Positions 14,012 through 27,900 of a stretch of 64,000 bases of DNA are shown here, piece after piece; position 1 is the first letter of the stretch; the number at the start of each line of letters is the position of its first letter. The notes under the pieces are model-generated. The model had not been told where the DNA came from. It searched no databases and was given only the letters and a program-made list of their open reading frames with translations. A program made the position numbers and the translations under genes. The DNA comes from Utricularia gibba (Eukaryota; Plantae; Magnoliophyta), in the NCBI GenBank assembly GCA_002189035.1, contig NEEC01000012.1, positions 682,001 through 746,000 of the forward strand. Direction: 5' to 3'.

Positions 14012-15471
14012 TGTTGGGATGTTGGTTACTATTCTAAGGAAACTAGTAAAAATGCATAAGATAGTTTCTACACTAAAAATAGGAAACAAAATGAGCAGAA
14101 AAGCATTTCTGGAAATTTAAGAATGAATATTTCACTTAATCTGAAATTAAACCATGCTTATAAGAAAACTTCAACACTTTTGAGTTACTATTCTAACTCA
14201 TGTGTTCAAATAGTAAAGAAAACAAGAAAGCACGTTTAAGCAAGCAATCAAGGCAACTTGGTTAATATTCAAGCTGGAAATATAAAACACGGGCATGCTC
14301 ATGAAAAAAAGTGCAGAAAAAAGTGCAAAAAGTAAAATATTTGTTCAAGTTTGCAAGTCACATCCTAGCATGTGTGCTAGCTTTTGCTTCTTGTGCAGAC
14401 TGGTTGTGAGGCTTCACTAGGAAAGTTATGAGTGTTCTATTGTTGTTTAGGGTGATGGATGTAGCTTCAATGTCACTCTAGAACTGGTTCTATCATCTTC
14501 TTCACATAGATAGATTGCCATTCTGCAGGGCACCAGGCACTTGAGTTGAGCTTCGCTATCACGTTGGAACTCTTCCTCCTTTGTCTTCTTCTCTAAAATT
14601 GGTTCAAACTCATATGAGAAATCTCTCCCCTGTCTGGAATCTCCATTCTCTCTCTAATACATGCCCCTAATGCATGCCTTAGAGAGGCTTACCTTTTTTC
14701 TCGTTCCCTGTTTCTGACTAGGTAGTCTTATCTCCTTGCACATGCAGACAAGTAATTTCCATTTTTTCACTGGATCAATAAATACTAAGCATAATGATCA
14801 GAATACACGACCCAGCCCAAATGGGCTGGGCATTCCTTGACCTGGATGAACAGTGAGTTCACCCCAATAAGCAAATCAACGCAGTGTAGGCCGAAAACAC
14901 ATTTTTGCATACACTAAATTTACTAACACCAATTTAGACATTTTGACCTATTCTAACCCACCTAATGACAAATATGACTAGTTTTGACATAGCATCACAC
15001 TTTCCTACAATGACAATAGACTCGTCACCAAGTCTTACACACAATCTAGATTAGATTATGAGCATCTGATGTAACAGTGACTTTGGCTGAATTCTCAGTG
15101 TATATGAGCATCTGGTGTAACAGTGAGGCATATAAATCAATGTTCAGTAGAAAGTGAAAGGCCAATGTCATTGCAAAGCTCAAGGTGACACCCCTCGGTG
15201 TGCTTAGGTCATCTATTCTTAACTCAGGTCTTTCTATTACCTAATCGTAGAGTAGACTCAAACCAACCATGTATCTAATTTTAGTCTATAGCAAAGACTA
15301 GTTTTCATTTTTTTTAAAAAAAAAACTCTAGGGTGTATCGATCCTCGACGATACCCTAGTCAAGAGGACCATCATCATGCGTGCTTGTAGCGTTATCGTA
15401 ACAGCACACTTCACCTGCAAGGCATCCCATGCTGCACATTCTGCACGTGTGCCTGGTACAACCTTGCCCCC
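14012..15471 (-). mobile_element. Putative 3' LTR (14012-15460) with PPT, possibly Tat/Ogre lineage
   Basis: On the minus strand GGGGGCAAGG(T) directly precedes TGTACC, and the far end reads ...CCCAACA at 14012. No second copy is available to confirm. Confidence 0.4.
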
Positions 15472-15689
15472 GTGCAGTCTATGTTCTCGCCATGTCTATC
15501 TGTGTGTGGGGTCCTAGCCATAGAGGTTAGCATAGCAAAAACAAGCTTTTATTCATACTTAGCCAAAAAGGGTCGAGTCCAAACAAGAAGAAAAAGAGAG
15601 GAAAGAAGCAAATCATGTAACGTTCATGTGAACCATCCCAAGTATTCCTTGACCACCATCACTCGGCTGCCCCATCCTCGCCATCCGCA

Positions 15690-17174
15690 TGTTGGGTTTC
15701 TCGTAGACATCATATGTCAAGAAAGTAGCGGAATTTAAAATTTTTTGAGAAACCCCCAACGTAGATCTTGGAATACAGTATACATTAGATAAAAGGATGC
15801 TGAAAATACCTTTTAGAGGACTCCGTTGTTCACCAACCGCCAATAGTAGACGGCCTCTATGGTATCCACACGTGGAGCACTCCATCGATAACCTTCTCAA
15901 GGCTATTGGATGCTGGTCGAATTCCTCAGATGCTAGTAGATAAAATCGCCCCTTGTGGATCAGTTTCAGAGAGAACGAAGATGAACGAAGATCTGTACAT
16001 CTAAATCTTTTTGATAGATATATGGTAACATATCAAATCATATCTCCATTAAAGATCTTATCTTGTGGAGATATGTATATGTTCCAAATCATATCTATAT
16101 CAGATCTTTTATTTTGAGTTTAATTAATATTAATCTCAAAATAACTCTCTATTTAATTTATTCACTTTACCAATTACATCTCATTAATTGTGTCATTCTA
16201 TTTTATATCGATGAGTGACTCCACTATTGTGTGTGACCCTATAGGCTTCTTCAATCAAGGTCGTGATAATGGATTTTTTAATTAACTCTTAATTAATCAA
16301 ATCCATCATTATCAATCATGATTGATGTCTAGCAACATATCATGATTCCCAAGATTAAAGAATAATCAGGTGAACTGATTGAGCCTTTCTATGACCAGTC
16401 ACCATGCAATAAACAGCTTTCATCATACTTATATCTCATTCGATACCAGAACATGAGTGTGTGTTTTTCTGATGTATCAAACTTATAATTGCATTCAAGC
16501 ACTAACACTCAATGACCTACTCAAACAATTCGAGTGTCATTACCTTGGGCGCAGGACTTATTGTTAGGCTTTGATGCAATTACTTAAGATATGATCTCAT
16601 CGCTAACATGAGTGATGAATCCTTTATTGATCAATCAACTATCTCTAACCTTAAGGAGTCACATCCCTACTCATTCATACTAGGCAAGCCATAGTTAGAC
16701 TCCCATTAGCAATGAGCAAAAATATGAGCTTAAGATCAAGATAACTTTGTTGACCTCAAGTCTAAGGTTACTTGCACGGCTGTCATATTCGAGATCTTGA
16801 TACTGACACTTGGTTAGCTTCCCATAGTAGCATCTCGAAAATGAGTCATCCAATGAATCGATTCTCTAATCGACACCCACACATAGGTTCTAGTATTCTC
16901 ATTACATCAATTGTGAGAACCATTGCCTAAACAATTTAGGGAACTCAATGTGTGCCAGCTTATCCGTATTTTTGATATCTTCATTTCACAAACACTCTAG
17001 CCAGGAAGTTTTTAACTTGAACATAAATGCTTGAAGTATCTCACATTATGATCTCATCATAATTTCTATAGCACATAGATCAAGTAGAGGATTTTATCAA
17101 TGATGTAAACTTGATCATAATTCAAGGTAAGATTTGCCAATGAATTGATTGTCTTTAGAACACATACACCAACA
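15690..17174 (-). mobile_element. Angela-like copia solo LTR (1485 bp)
   Basis: Minus strand begins TGTTGGTGTATGTGTTCTAAAGACAATCAA and ends GAAACCCAACA; TSD CCGCA/CCGCG. Homologous to 26572-27815, 28988-30392 and 40975-42234. Confidence 0.9.
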
Positions 17175-17899
17175 CCGCGATGCCTACCCATCCATGCCCT
17201 TATTCCCGTACATCCCTACAAGACCTATAAGGGGTTAATCTCGTACTATACTGACCTTAACCACATGAACATGTAAAGTAGAAGAAACGATAATCGATGG
17301 TGGTCCTAATACCCTTCCCTTGACCTGAAGGTCTTCCCTTGATGATCTTTCGATCCCTTGACTGACTGATGCCCCCTTCATTGAACTCGAAGGTTCCTTT
17401 GAATGGCATGAATCCCACGTAAGCGCATTGCCTTTGGGTTGGGGTGGCCATCTCCTCTTCCCTCCCTTGATTGGCATTGGTCATACATTCCTTAATCACT
17501 ATACCCTTGATCTATATTCTTGACACAATAGAACACCCATGTTAGTCTCTAAAACCGTATAGACTACCCCTTACCGGATCGAAGCGCCTTCTTCCCCTCC
17601 TCCTCTAGCCGTCCACCTAGCCTTTCGCCGCCTTGATTCCTTAAGCCTTGCACCTTCGTGGTGTGGGAGAGTGGGGAGGGGAAGGAGGGATTCGACCCTT
17701 CTCCTTTTATAGAGGTTAGCCTCCCCTTGATTCCCCTTATGGATATTTCTATATCTCTAAGATTCGATCCCTTGAATTTCAGAAACTTCCTCCTTTGACA
17801 TATCTTCCATATCGTACGAGATTTGATCTCCCCTTGGATTAGGAACTTCCCTTGATTGAGTCTTTGTCAAATCTTTCCATATCTCCCACATATGTCGAG

Positions 17900-18650
17900 A
17901 GCATGTCCCATTCGCGCACCATCCGCGCTGCTGTCTTGCTGCGTGCGCATGCTAACCTCTATGCGAGCTAACCTCTGTGCCAACTGACTTTTGCTCCTGC
18001 TAGCCTCTACATGTGATCCTTGCATGCTCGCCTGTTATCCTCTACACGTGCCTTCCTACATGCCCATCTAGCCTCTACGCACACTGCTTGCGCACTAACC
18101 TCCATGCACGTCCGTTAGCCTCTATCGTGCATGATGCTTCTTTGTCCACTCTCTAGCCTCTACACACATGCTCTTCACACACTTCCTTATCAGCCTTACT
18201 CGCCATGCTGCTTGTACGATATCTCGCATGTGTACTGTGCATACCATGTCCCTGCTCGACATCGCTACTCATATGATGTCATGCCTTCGCATGTCCCTGC
18301 TCGGCCATCATGCTGCCCATACATGTCCATGCTCGCAAGTGCTACTCACATGATGTCTTGCCATCACGTTGCCCATGCAGGTCCCTGCTCGCCAGTCATG
18401 TCTCACCATCACACTCCCCGTACATATCCTTGCTTGCCAATACTACTTGCATGATGTCTTGCCATTGCGCTACTCACGCATATCCCAACTCGCCAGTGAT
18501 GTGTTAGCCACGCGCTGCCTATGCACGTCTCGTGCCATCCTCTCTCGTCAATGTTACTCATGTAAGGCCTCTTTCATGCGTCGCCCATGCCAGCCTTCCT
18601 TGCTAGCGCTATTCGCACGCTGGATTGTGTTGTCCACACTTCTCTACTTA
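17900..18650. repeat. GC-rich degenerate tandem repeats (CTAGCCTCTAC and CATGTCCCTGCTCG variants), probably retroelement non-coding region
   Basis: CATGTCCCTGCTCG-like motif recurs at ~18245, 18289, 18320, 18377, 18424 and 18479. Confidence 0.55.
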
Positions 18651-19149
18651 GTTAGCCATGATGTCTGCCAGCCCCTTTTGTCATCACCCACTATTTCCCA
18701 GCTTCCCTCAAGTAACTTTCAATCCAGGCATCCCATTTCGCCCAAAGCACAAGTGAGTTCGAGAAAAATTATTGATACCCCTTTTCAAGATCGTCACACT
18801 AAGGACTCCCAAGACAAAGACTAAGTGCCTCTCCTTATCACTCCATGCCTTATATCTCTTATCCTTATTTCTCCAAAACACTAATTCCTCCCTTAGAGTT
18901 TCCTACTTTATTTATTACTGAAAAGTTGTTTTAGAAAGAAGGTAATAAGTGCCAATCAGAATGGTCTAGACCTCACAACAGATAAGGTGTGCCTACTATT
19001 TTGCTAAACAATCAAACACTCCCTATGATTCAGCTAGACCTACGACAAACTCTTTCCTAAATAGACATACCCACATAAAACATAAACATCATAAAAAGTT
19101 CTAAAAAAATAAAGAAAATAAAAATAAATTGTTCGAAACATACCTAAGA

Positions 19150-22100
19150 AAATGAGTAAGTTTTGGGGTTGAGTTTGATTACCTCCTCAAGCTACTTCTA
19201 CCTAAGATGCATGATCTAATGTTCCATCCTCACCACTACTTCTTCCAACCTATTAACCATAGTAGCGCACCCACAGATTCACTTGTCTTCCTCCTCAGTT
19301 ATAGCAGATGCTGCTGCTACGGCTTCTCCTGTTATTGGCACATGGTGAAGCTTCTTGTACTCACCCTTCTTCTGCTGGGGGATTATGAAAACGTGATATC
19401 CCCCTCTTCTCTGAATAATCCCTGCATTTTTTAAGAACGCAATATCTATGGGGAGATCGGGTTCTCCAAAATGCAAGCTCATCCAAAATGCACAATTGAA
19501 TAGCAATTAAAATGACAAAATGTGCAAATCGAAGCAAGACCACACGCCGTCTCCCAATGCTCTTAAATGCAATGCACCAGATGACAAATAATTCATTTGG
19601 GAATAGTGCATTATATGAGCATTGATGACCAAATAAGCATGCTGACACAACTTTAGTGGTCGTCAAAGTTTTCTATGATGACTTGACCATTATCAGCTTC
19701 ACCGTTGTCGCGACTTTGCGCTGTTTGACTTTCCATGCCGCAAATAATTCACTTGAGAATAGTTCCATATTATTAAACCTTTTTTAGTCTAGCATAAAAT
19801 CCAAAAAACTTAGGGAAGGACACAAGGATTCCGTGCAAGCAATATGTAGTAGAAGAAGCAGCATAAAAAGGGAGGATAATGAGTGCCTTTCTATCACAAC
19901 AGTCTGCAAGTCAGGGGTTGGAGCAGCAGAGCTTTCATTGATTCTACTTGCTTAGGGAAATAAAGGAAGGAAATATTTTTGGGAGGAAGAGAGAGAAAAA
20001 AAGAAAGAACTTTGGCAGCAAAGGATTGGCACACGAAGAACATGAACACAGAATCAGAGAGAAAAAGAAGGATATTTTCGAGAAGAAGATTCCCATCCTA
20101 AAGAACACTATCGAGACCTAGTTTAGTGCTACTGTTTCCGGACTGTGAACAGTAGTAGACAGGAATAAGAACTATTTCTACTTTACTTTCATTTGCTGAA
20201 TGTTTTTAGATTCCGTGACTAACTGTCTCATGATATCTTTGATAACATGAAATGGTTCATTCTAGTATAGGACTTGATACACTCGTGGTGTTGTCACATC
20301 TTCCTTCACCTTGTTGAAAGCCTCCCTACAATCATCTGAAAATTCAAACTTGACATCCTATTTCAACAACTCCCAAGGGTTTAGTGATAGTTGAAAAAAT
20401 CTTGATGAACCTGCGATAAAGAAATGATCGTATTCCTTTTACATCCTGAGGTGGGGTGAGATTAGAAATTGTATCAACTTTAGCATGATCAACATGAAAT
20501 TTTCCAAACATTCATCAAAGTTTGATCCATGCAATGTAAAATCATCCATGAAAACCTCCATGCTTTAATCAATAAAATCAGAAAATATACTTGGCACGCA
20601 CCTTTGAAATGTAGTAGGGGCATTATATAGACCCAAAGACATTCTCCTATATGCAAACACACCGAAATTGCAGAAAAATGTTGTGTTCTCTTAATACTTG
20701 AGTGCAACCGTCACTTGGTTGTAAACTGAATAAGCATCAAGAAAACAAGAATATCCCTTGCCACTAAGCTTATCAAGCATTTGATGAATGAAGGGGAGGG
20801 GGAATGCTCATTTTGTGTCGCATCATTCAGTTTTTGGTAATCAATACAAACTCTCCATCCATCTTGCACTCGGGTAAGGACTTGTGATAGCACACAAATT
20901 TTCATTTTTTAGGATATGAAAAATCATAAATTTTTAATTATGTTTAGATGTTAATTTTATAGTTTTAAGTATTTTTATTTAATTAGGAAAAATATGATTT
21001 TTGGTGTATTAGTGGGTTAAATCCTTTGATTTAGCCCACCCATGGCTAACCCGATTTTGGAGTCTAGCAACAACTTGAAAGTCAAGGAAGCAATCTGGGT
21101 TTCGTGCAAGTCACCAGGTTGCAGGGGATAATGATTACATTGATACGGCGGTAGTCTGCAAGTCAAGGCCAAGAGCAGCAGATTTGACAGAGAATGTACT
21201 TGACTTGGACAGTGGGAGGTGAGAGAAAGATGAGGAGGAGAGAGAGTCGCAAAGAAGGGAACAACCCCAGAATTTTCAGAACACACACGAGGGTTTCTCC
21301 CCCAACACGAACAACAAAGAATACTGAAGGAGAAGGAGGAAGAAGGCGATTTTTCTGGAGAAGAACCTCTAGCATGAAGGAAGAAGATCAAGACCCAATT
21401 CAACGCCACTGTTCCGGCCTGTGAATAGTGGCAGACGGAATCCAGAAACCTTACTGCTTTATTTTTGTTTTTTATGTTTTTAGTTTCTGCACCCAACTTC
21501 TTCACGATGTTCTTAACATTTTCGTTGTTTTATTTTTATGCCATCATTTTTTACCTTCAAAGCATGAGTAGCTAAACCCTAAGAGTGCCTTAAAGTGAAA
21601 CATGGTAGTGTGGGCCTAGGAGTCTTAATAAAATTCATCATTGTCCCTTAGCTCTTTTTTCTATCAAGCCATGGGTACACCTAAAGAGGGGAACAAGTAG
21701 CTTCACAACTTAGATGCTTGATTTAGAGGTAGACCAACAAATCAAGACGGGAGCAGTAGGTGTTAGTCCGGGGTAGAACCGGGTAGACTTAGGTTATTTG
21801 AAGTTGTAAGTGTAGGAACATGATAGATTGAATTAGGAATTTTGGCATCACACCACCTGTAGATCCTTAAGGCACCTTAATATTATTCTGGGTTAGAACC
21901 AGTACCTGTACCTTAGTGTTAAGATCTGATATTGTTTAGTGATCTTGTTTACCGAACTTGTTTATCACTATTGGTCCAAGCTTAGACTAAGACTTATTAA
22001 TATTCCGAATTGTGCAATTACTAAAACACTTAGCAAGCACAAGCTCTTCGTGATCGACCCTGACATCCACTATACAAGTTTTCTAAATTTGTATTTTGTG

Positions 22101-22320
22101 TAGATTATGGCTTATAAATTTATTTGATACAAAAATTTGCTTCTATTGCAACGATATGCAAAAATTTCCATTTATCAACTTGTTTCCCTTCAGAGTTTGT
22201 GATAACTGTGATTCCCATCTTCTTAGCAAATGGGTCAGTTTTCGGGGACTGACCCATTTGCTATCCGAAATGGAATCAATTATCTCTGCTTTCAGTAGCT
22301 TCTCTACTTCCTTCATCACA
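19150..22320 (-). mobile_element. Athila-like remnant (RT, start of RH, env-like ORF), interrupted by the solo LTR at 20885-22177
   Basis: Minus strand ISDSKWVSP (22240-22280) continues as TRVQDGWRVCIDYQKLND (20820-20884); env-like CLFGH..NALFPNELFVIWC at 19361-19666. Confidence 0.75.
20885..22177 (+). mobile_element. Athila-type solo LTR (1293 bp), same family as the LTRs at 45158-46448 and 50808-52170
   Basis: TGATA...TATCA termini; perfect TSD ACTTG (20880-20884, 22178-22182). Internal blocks match the reverse complement of 51300-51500. Confidence 0.9.
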
Positions 22321-22329
22321 ACTTAGCTT

Positions 22330-24390
22330 TCTGTTTCATTTTATGTTTTTATGGCTATTCATGCCCGAACCTTTCTAGTTTATAGGAATAGATGAAATTT
22401 CCTTCTAAGTCTTAAGCATCAATCTTGGTCTTTTATTGAATTTCTTCCGGATTTTGCATATTTCCATGCATCATGTTGCATTCTTTCTATAACATCCCTA
22501 GTCACGGTCTATAAGTAGCATGCCACTCCTCACGAATTTTGATGAAAAGCAAGATGAAGAGCATCATCTCCAACCCTATTGGTTCAAAGGAGATAGTAAA
22601 TTTTTTGGGATTGAAGTACCACGTAGTGGATGGGTAGTGACCTTGTACCTACCCCTAGTCATTGGCGACAATTAGGCACATGTGCAAAAATTCAGTTTTG
22701 AAGGCAATCGAAGTCAATCCTCTTGTCATCTCAATCGCTCAATAAGGAATCACATGAGACCATTCCTGTGCCTCCTTCTCAATCAGAGTGTAAGGATGAG
22801 TAGGCTATTCCTTGTTCCTATAACCAATTATTCTGAAGGAATCAGTGAAAGTCGAGGCGAGAATAGACAAAAGGTAGAAATAGTGTCCACTTCCCTTAGT
22901 CAAGGTCCATTACCTATGTTGTATCTTTTATTTCTATATTTCAAAAATCCCTTTTTACAAACCTATGACAATTTGTAAAAGTTTAGTACAAAACACTTTT
23001 GTAAAACTCAACTCCCTAAGATCGACACTCGTACTATGCTCTATTTTTGTTTTATGTTTTTCGAAATTAAAATTTGTTGAGGAAATGACATACAACAAAT
23101 TTTTGGTACCGTTGTCAGGGAGTGGTGTATTTTTGTCTTTCTTTCTTCTTTTTTTTCTTTTGTTTCTGTTTTTCTCTTGTCTTTTTTCTGTTTTTATGCA
23201 TTCACCTCCAGTGAAGGGCCATTGAAGCTTGAGATCATTTCGAGAAGTCTTGTGTCCCTTAGATACGAAAAAGAGAGAGCAAACCTCAAATTCATCTACC
23301 GACGAGGAAATGGCCACTCAACCACCTACTAGAGTCCTCATGGTCTAAGAAGAACAAAAGCAAGAACGTTCTCAAATTTTTCCAGTTTGTCGATCACTAA
23401 TCATGGCCCAGGACTAAAGACAAATAAAGAAGAAATCACTGCCAACCATGCTAACCGGCCACTTTGTATCATCTTTGACTCGTAAGAGAACTTTGAGGTA
23501 TGCCCATATCTATTCCAGACACTGTTGCTTCCATGTGATGATTGATGCTTCCAACTATGCAATAAGAGCTATGTTGAACCAGAATCTTTATGGAAAAGAT
23601 ACCATCATTAGCTATCCCTCCAAAACATTGGATAGTGCTCAAGTCTATTACACAACCAATTGCTGATGTATTTACATTGGAAAAATTCAGAAGCTATCTA
23701 TTGGGGAACAAAGTTATTATGCTCACAAAAAATGCCGCCATCAAACACCTCATATCTAAAAAGGAAACCAAGCCAAGACTTATGAGGTGGGTCTTATTGC
23801 TACAAGAGTTCAATGTAGAAATTAGGGATAAGCGTAGAAAGCTCAATGAAATTGCTGATCACCTCAACAATATCAAGCACCCTATGGATGATGTACCATT
23901 GTTGAAGAATTTCCAAATGAAGAACTCTATGGAATTAAGGCTGATGCAAGGAAGACCAGTGAACCATGGTACGCTGACATCACCAACTACTATGCATTGG
24001 CGAGATGGAATTGGACTTAAAGAGCAATGAGAAATTGAAGATGAAATTTGAGAGTAATCACTATTTCTAGGACAACTCCTATCTGTGGAAAAATTGTGTT
24101 GATGATGATGTGTTAAGATGTTTTGCCGAAGATGACATTCACTAACCCTACCGCAAAGATGGTATTGGATTGTAGTTATTATTCGCCAACAGTTTTCAAA
24201 GATGCTAAGTCTTACTATAAAAGCTACAAAAACTGCCAACAAACAAGGAACATATCAAACAACAATGAAATGTCAATGCATCCAATTGTTGTTCCAAAAG
24301 TGTTTGATGTGTGGGGCATTGACTTCATGGGCTACTTTCCAAACTCTAATGGCTATGTTTACATCTTGGTAGCAGTGGGATCAAATGATC
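22330..24390 (+). mobile_element. 5'-truncated LTR, PBS and heavily deleted Athila internal region (RH, INT)
   Basis: LTR ends ...CAACA at 23097; PBS-like TGGTACCGTTGTCAGGGA at 23104-23121; DASNYAI, EKFRSYLLG..KPRLMRWVLLLQEF and DVWGIDFMG motifs. Confidence 0.8.
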
Positions 24391-24919
24391 TAGGGACTCC
24401 ACCTTGACACACTTCTCCATGTGTTGAAAAAGAAGCAAGACATTTAGAAGAAAATGCAGCTAAGCGCAAACGAGAACAAAATGAAGTGATTGACTCTACT
24501 TCTTTCAAGAAGAAAGCATTTGGTAGATACATGAATGGTATCTTGGGCTTTTGTTAGGATATTCCGAAGGAAACTGATGCGATGTGTCATTTAATAAGAT
24601 ATTATATGGATGTGCTTGATAGGTTATCTGAAAAGGATGTGAGTAAGATGACTCTTGAACAAAGGACCATGCATGAAATAGCTTTATTCTACTATCTTCA
24701 TTGGGAGGTAACTAGTATTTATCTCCTCTATAATTTTATTCTCTTTTTTCAATTTCGCTTTATGACTTTTGCCTTATGTTGGTACTCAACATCACTATTG
24801 GGTTTCTTTGCAACTGTTCACTATCATGTGATTGAAAATGGGACTTATTCCTTTGATGTCAACTACAGTCCAACCAATTCTTTGTTTATGCTTCTAAAGC
24901 ACAACCTTGTGCTTCTCCT

Positions 24920-27900
24920 TCTGTTCCAAGGTTAGTGACCTAGAAACAATAGTAGGCAGGGTTTCATCGTCATCAAGGAACGAGTACTTCAAATGCTCAG
25001 GCAAATTTAACTCTAACAATAGTGCTTGAATAATGGAAGCTACTAGCGGCTTGCTAGGTGTTTCCAAACTAAGAAAAGAAACATCTCGAACTTCAGGTTC
25101 TTCAAGTGGATCACTTGAATGATGGAAAACTTTAAAAGCAGCAAGAAAAAAATTTTCATATTGAGAAATTTCAATGTTGCATTCAGATTCGGGCTTTTGC
25201 TCATGGATCATCGCATCGTTATCAACATCAGTTTCACATATGAAAATTGAACTAAAGTCCAACACCTGTCCATCAAACTAGAGACTAATGATGCCTTCTT
25301 GTACATCAATCTTTGTACTTGCAGTGATCATGAATGATCGTTCCAAAATGATGGACTTCAAAATCCTAGGGTTATCACTCTCTATAGGAATAATCAAAAA
25401 GTCAAGTGGAAAAACTAAATTCTTAACATGAACAAAAACATCCTTAATCCAACCATTCAGTGTAGCTTGTGATCTATCTACTAATCGGCATTCAATATCA
25501 ATCGGTTCAAGTTTGCCTACGTAAGATGCAAAAGACTAATAAAGAGATCTAGGCATAACATTGATCGAGGCACCAAGATCACACATAGCTATTGAAATCT
25601 TTGTATTTCCAATGGTAAAGAGGATTGAGAACATACTGGGATCCTTACATTTACGTAATATTCTCCTTTGAATGATGGATGAAATGTTTTCGATCAAAGG
25701 AATCACTTCTTGTTCCACCTTTGCTTTCTTCTTTAGATCACACAAATCCTTCAGAAACTTAGGATACTTGAGTACCTATTCGATCATATCAAGAAGAGGA
25801 ATAGAAACATTTACTTTCTGTATCATCTCCATAAAAGTTTTCAGTTCCTTCTTCAAAGCCTCATTAGGAAGGGTGGCGGTATGACCGATGGCTTGATTTG
25901 AGGAACTTCATTTGCATCCTTCTCCTTAGCATATTTAGGTGGCTTCGGAACATCATTGGTCTGCACTAGTGAGCCACCTGGATTCTCACAAATGATCTCT
26001 TTGTCGAACTCAAAATGACTGTCTATGATCTCCAAGTCCTTTTCTTTGGATCTATCCACCTTGTTTGTGAACCATGGATAAGGGTTTGATAGGTTCATTC
26101 CACTTCTCAGAGAAATGACATTGATATGCTCTAAATTCTGCACTAGTTTTGATGGTAATCCTCCTTTTATTTCCAAACGGTTAATTACCTGTGCTAGTTG
26201 AGTAATAAAGCCTTGGATACTTGTGATTTGGCCATTCATATACTTCTGCTCCACATGCCTCTTGAAGGTGCTTTAAGCAAGACATTTCACTATGGCCTCC
26301 AAACTATGGTTCGGTTGGTAAGGAACCATATGTTGCTCTTGAGGTCCAATAATCTGCAACGGCTGAAGTGGTCCAATGATAGTATTATTAGGTATACCAC
26401 ATGGGTTTCCTGATAATGGTGCTTGACTAGAGGGTACTAGTTATCTCCAATGAAAACTAGGATGGTCTTTCGGGACATCTAATAATTTCCATAATTGTAC
26501 GTCCCTCCTTGGTTCTAATAGAAGGCATTCATTTATGCAACTAGCATTTCATGAATTCTCATTCCAAGATCTGTTAGTGTATGTGTTCTAGAGACAATCA
26601 ATTCATTGGAAAATCTTATCTTTTGAAATTTACTTTGAAATGTGATCAAATTTATATCACTGATAAAATTCTCTACTTGATCTATGTGCTATAGAAATTA
26701 TGATGAGATTATAATGTGAGATTCTTCAAGCGTTTATGTTCAAGTTAAAAATTCCTTGGCTAGAGCATTTGTGAAATGAGAATATCACAAATACGAATAA
26801 GCAAGCACACATTGATTTCTCTAAGTTGTTTAGACAATAGTTCTCACAATTGATGAAATGAGATTACTAGAACCCATGTGTGAATATCAATTAGAGAATC
26901 GATTCATTGGATGGCTCATCTTCGAGATGCTACTATGGGTAGCTAGCCAAGTGTTAGTAGCAAGATCTCGAATATGGCAATAGTTTTAGTAGGTCATTGA
27001 ATATTAGTGTTTAAATGCAATTTTAAGTTCGATACATCAGAAAGACACACACCCATGTTCTGATATCAAATGAGATATAAGTATGATGAAAGCTGTTCAT
27101 TACATCGTGGCTAGTCATGAAAAGACTCAATCAGTTTACCTGATTATTTTTACATCTTGAGGATCATGATATGTTTCTAGACATCACTCATGATCGATAA
27201 TGATGGATTTCATTAATTAAGAGTTAATTAATAAACCATTAATACGGCCTTGATTGAAGAAGCCTATAGGATCACACACAATAGTGAAGCCACTCATCGA
27301 TATAAAACAAAATGACACAATTACATGAGATGTAATTGGTAAAGTAGATAAATTAAATAGAGAGTTATTTTGAGATTAATATTGATTAAACTCAAAATAA
27401 AAGATTTGATGATTTGGAGCATATATGTATCTCCGCAAGATAAAATCTTTATAGAGATTGGATTTCATATGTTATCAAATATCTATTAGAAAGATTTGAT
27501 CATCATAGATTACCTTCCCACATCTTTGTTCTCTCTGAGATTGATCTGTAAGGGGGCGATTTTCTCTACCGGCACCTTAGGAGATCGACCATCATTCTGT
27601 TGCCTTGAGAAGGTTATCGACGGAGTACTTCACGTGTGAATACCATAGAGGCCATCTGCTATTGGTGGCTGGTGAACAACGGAGTGCTCTAAAAGGTATT
27701 CTCAGAATCTCTTTATCTGATGTATACCGTATTCGAAGATTTACGGTTGGGGTTTCTGAAAAATTTTTAAATTCCACTGCTTTTGTGACATGTGATGTCT
27801 ACGAGAAACCCAACAAGATCAACATGAGATGGCATTTAACTTAAGGCTCCTTGATATGCCTCCTTTTGTTGAAGTAAGGCTTGAAGACCAAACTTCGACG

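Noticed and set aside
14811-14830. CCCAGCCCA-AA-TGGGCTGGG palindrome
   Set aside because: Short and inside a putative LTR; no evidence of function beyond a possible site-II-like motif.
18131-18824. His/Cys-rich ORFs of 100-150 aa
   Set aside because: They are translation by-products of the GC-rich degenerate tandem repeat.
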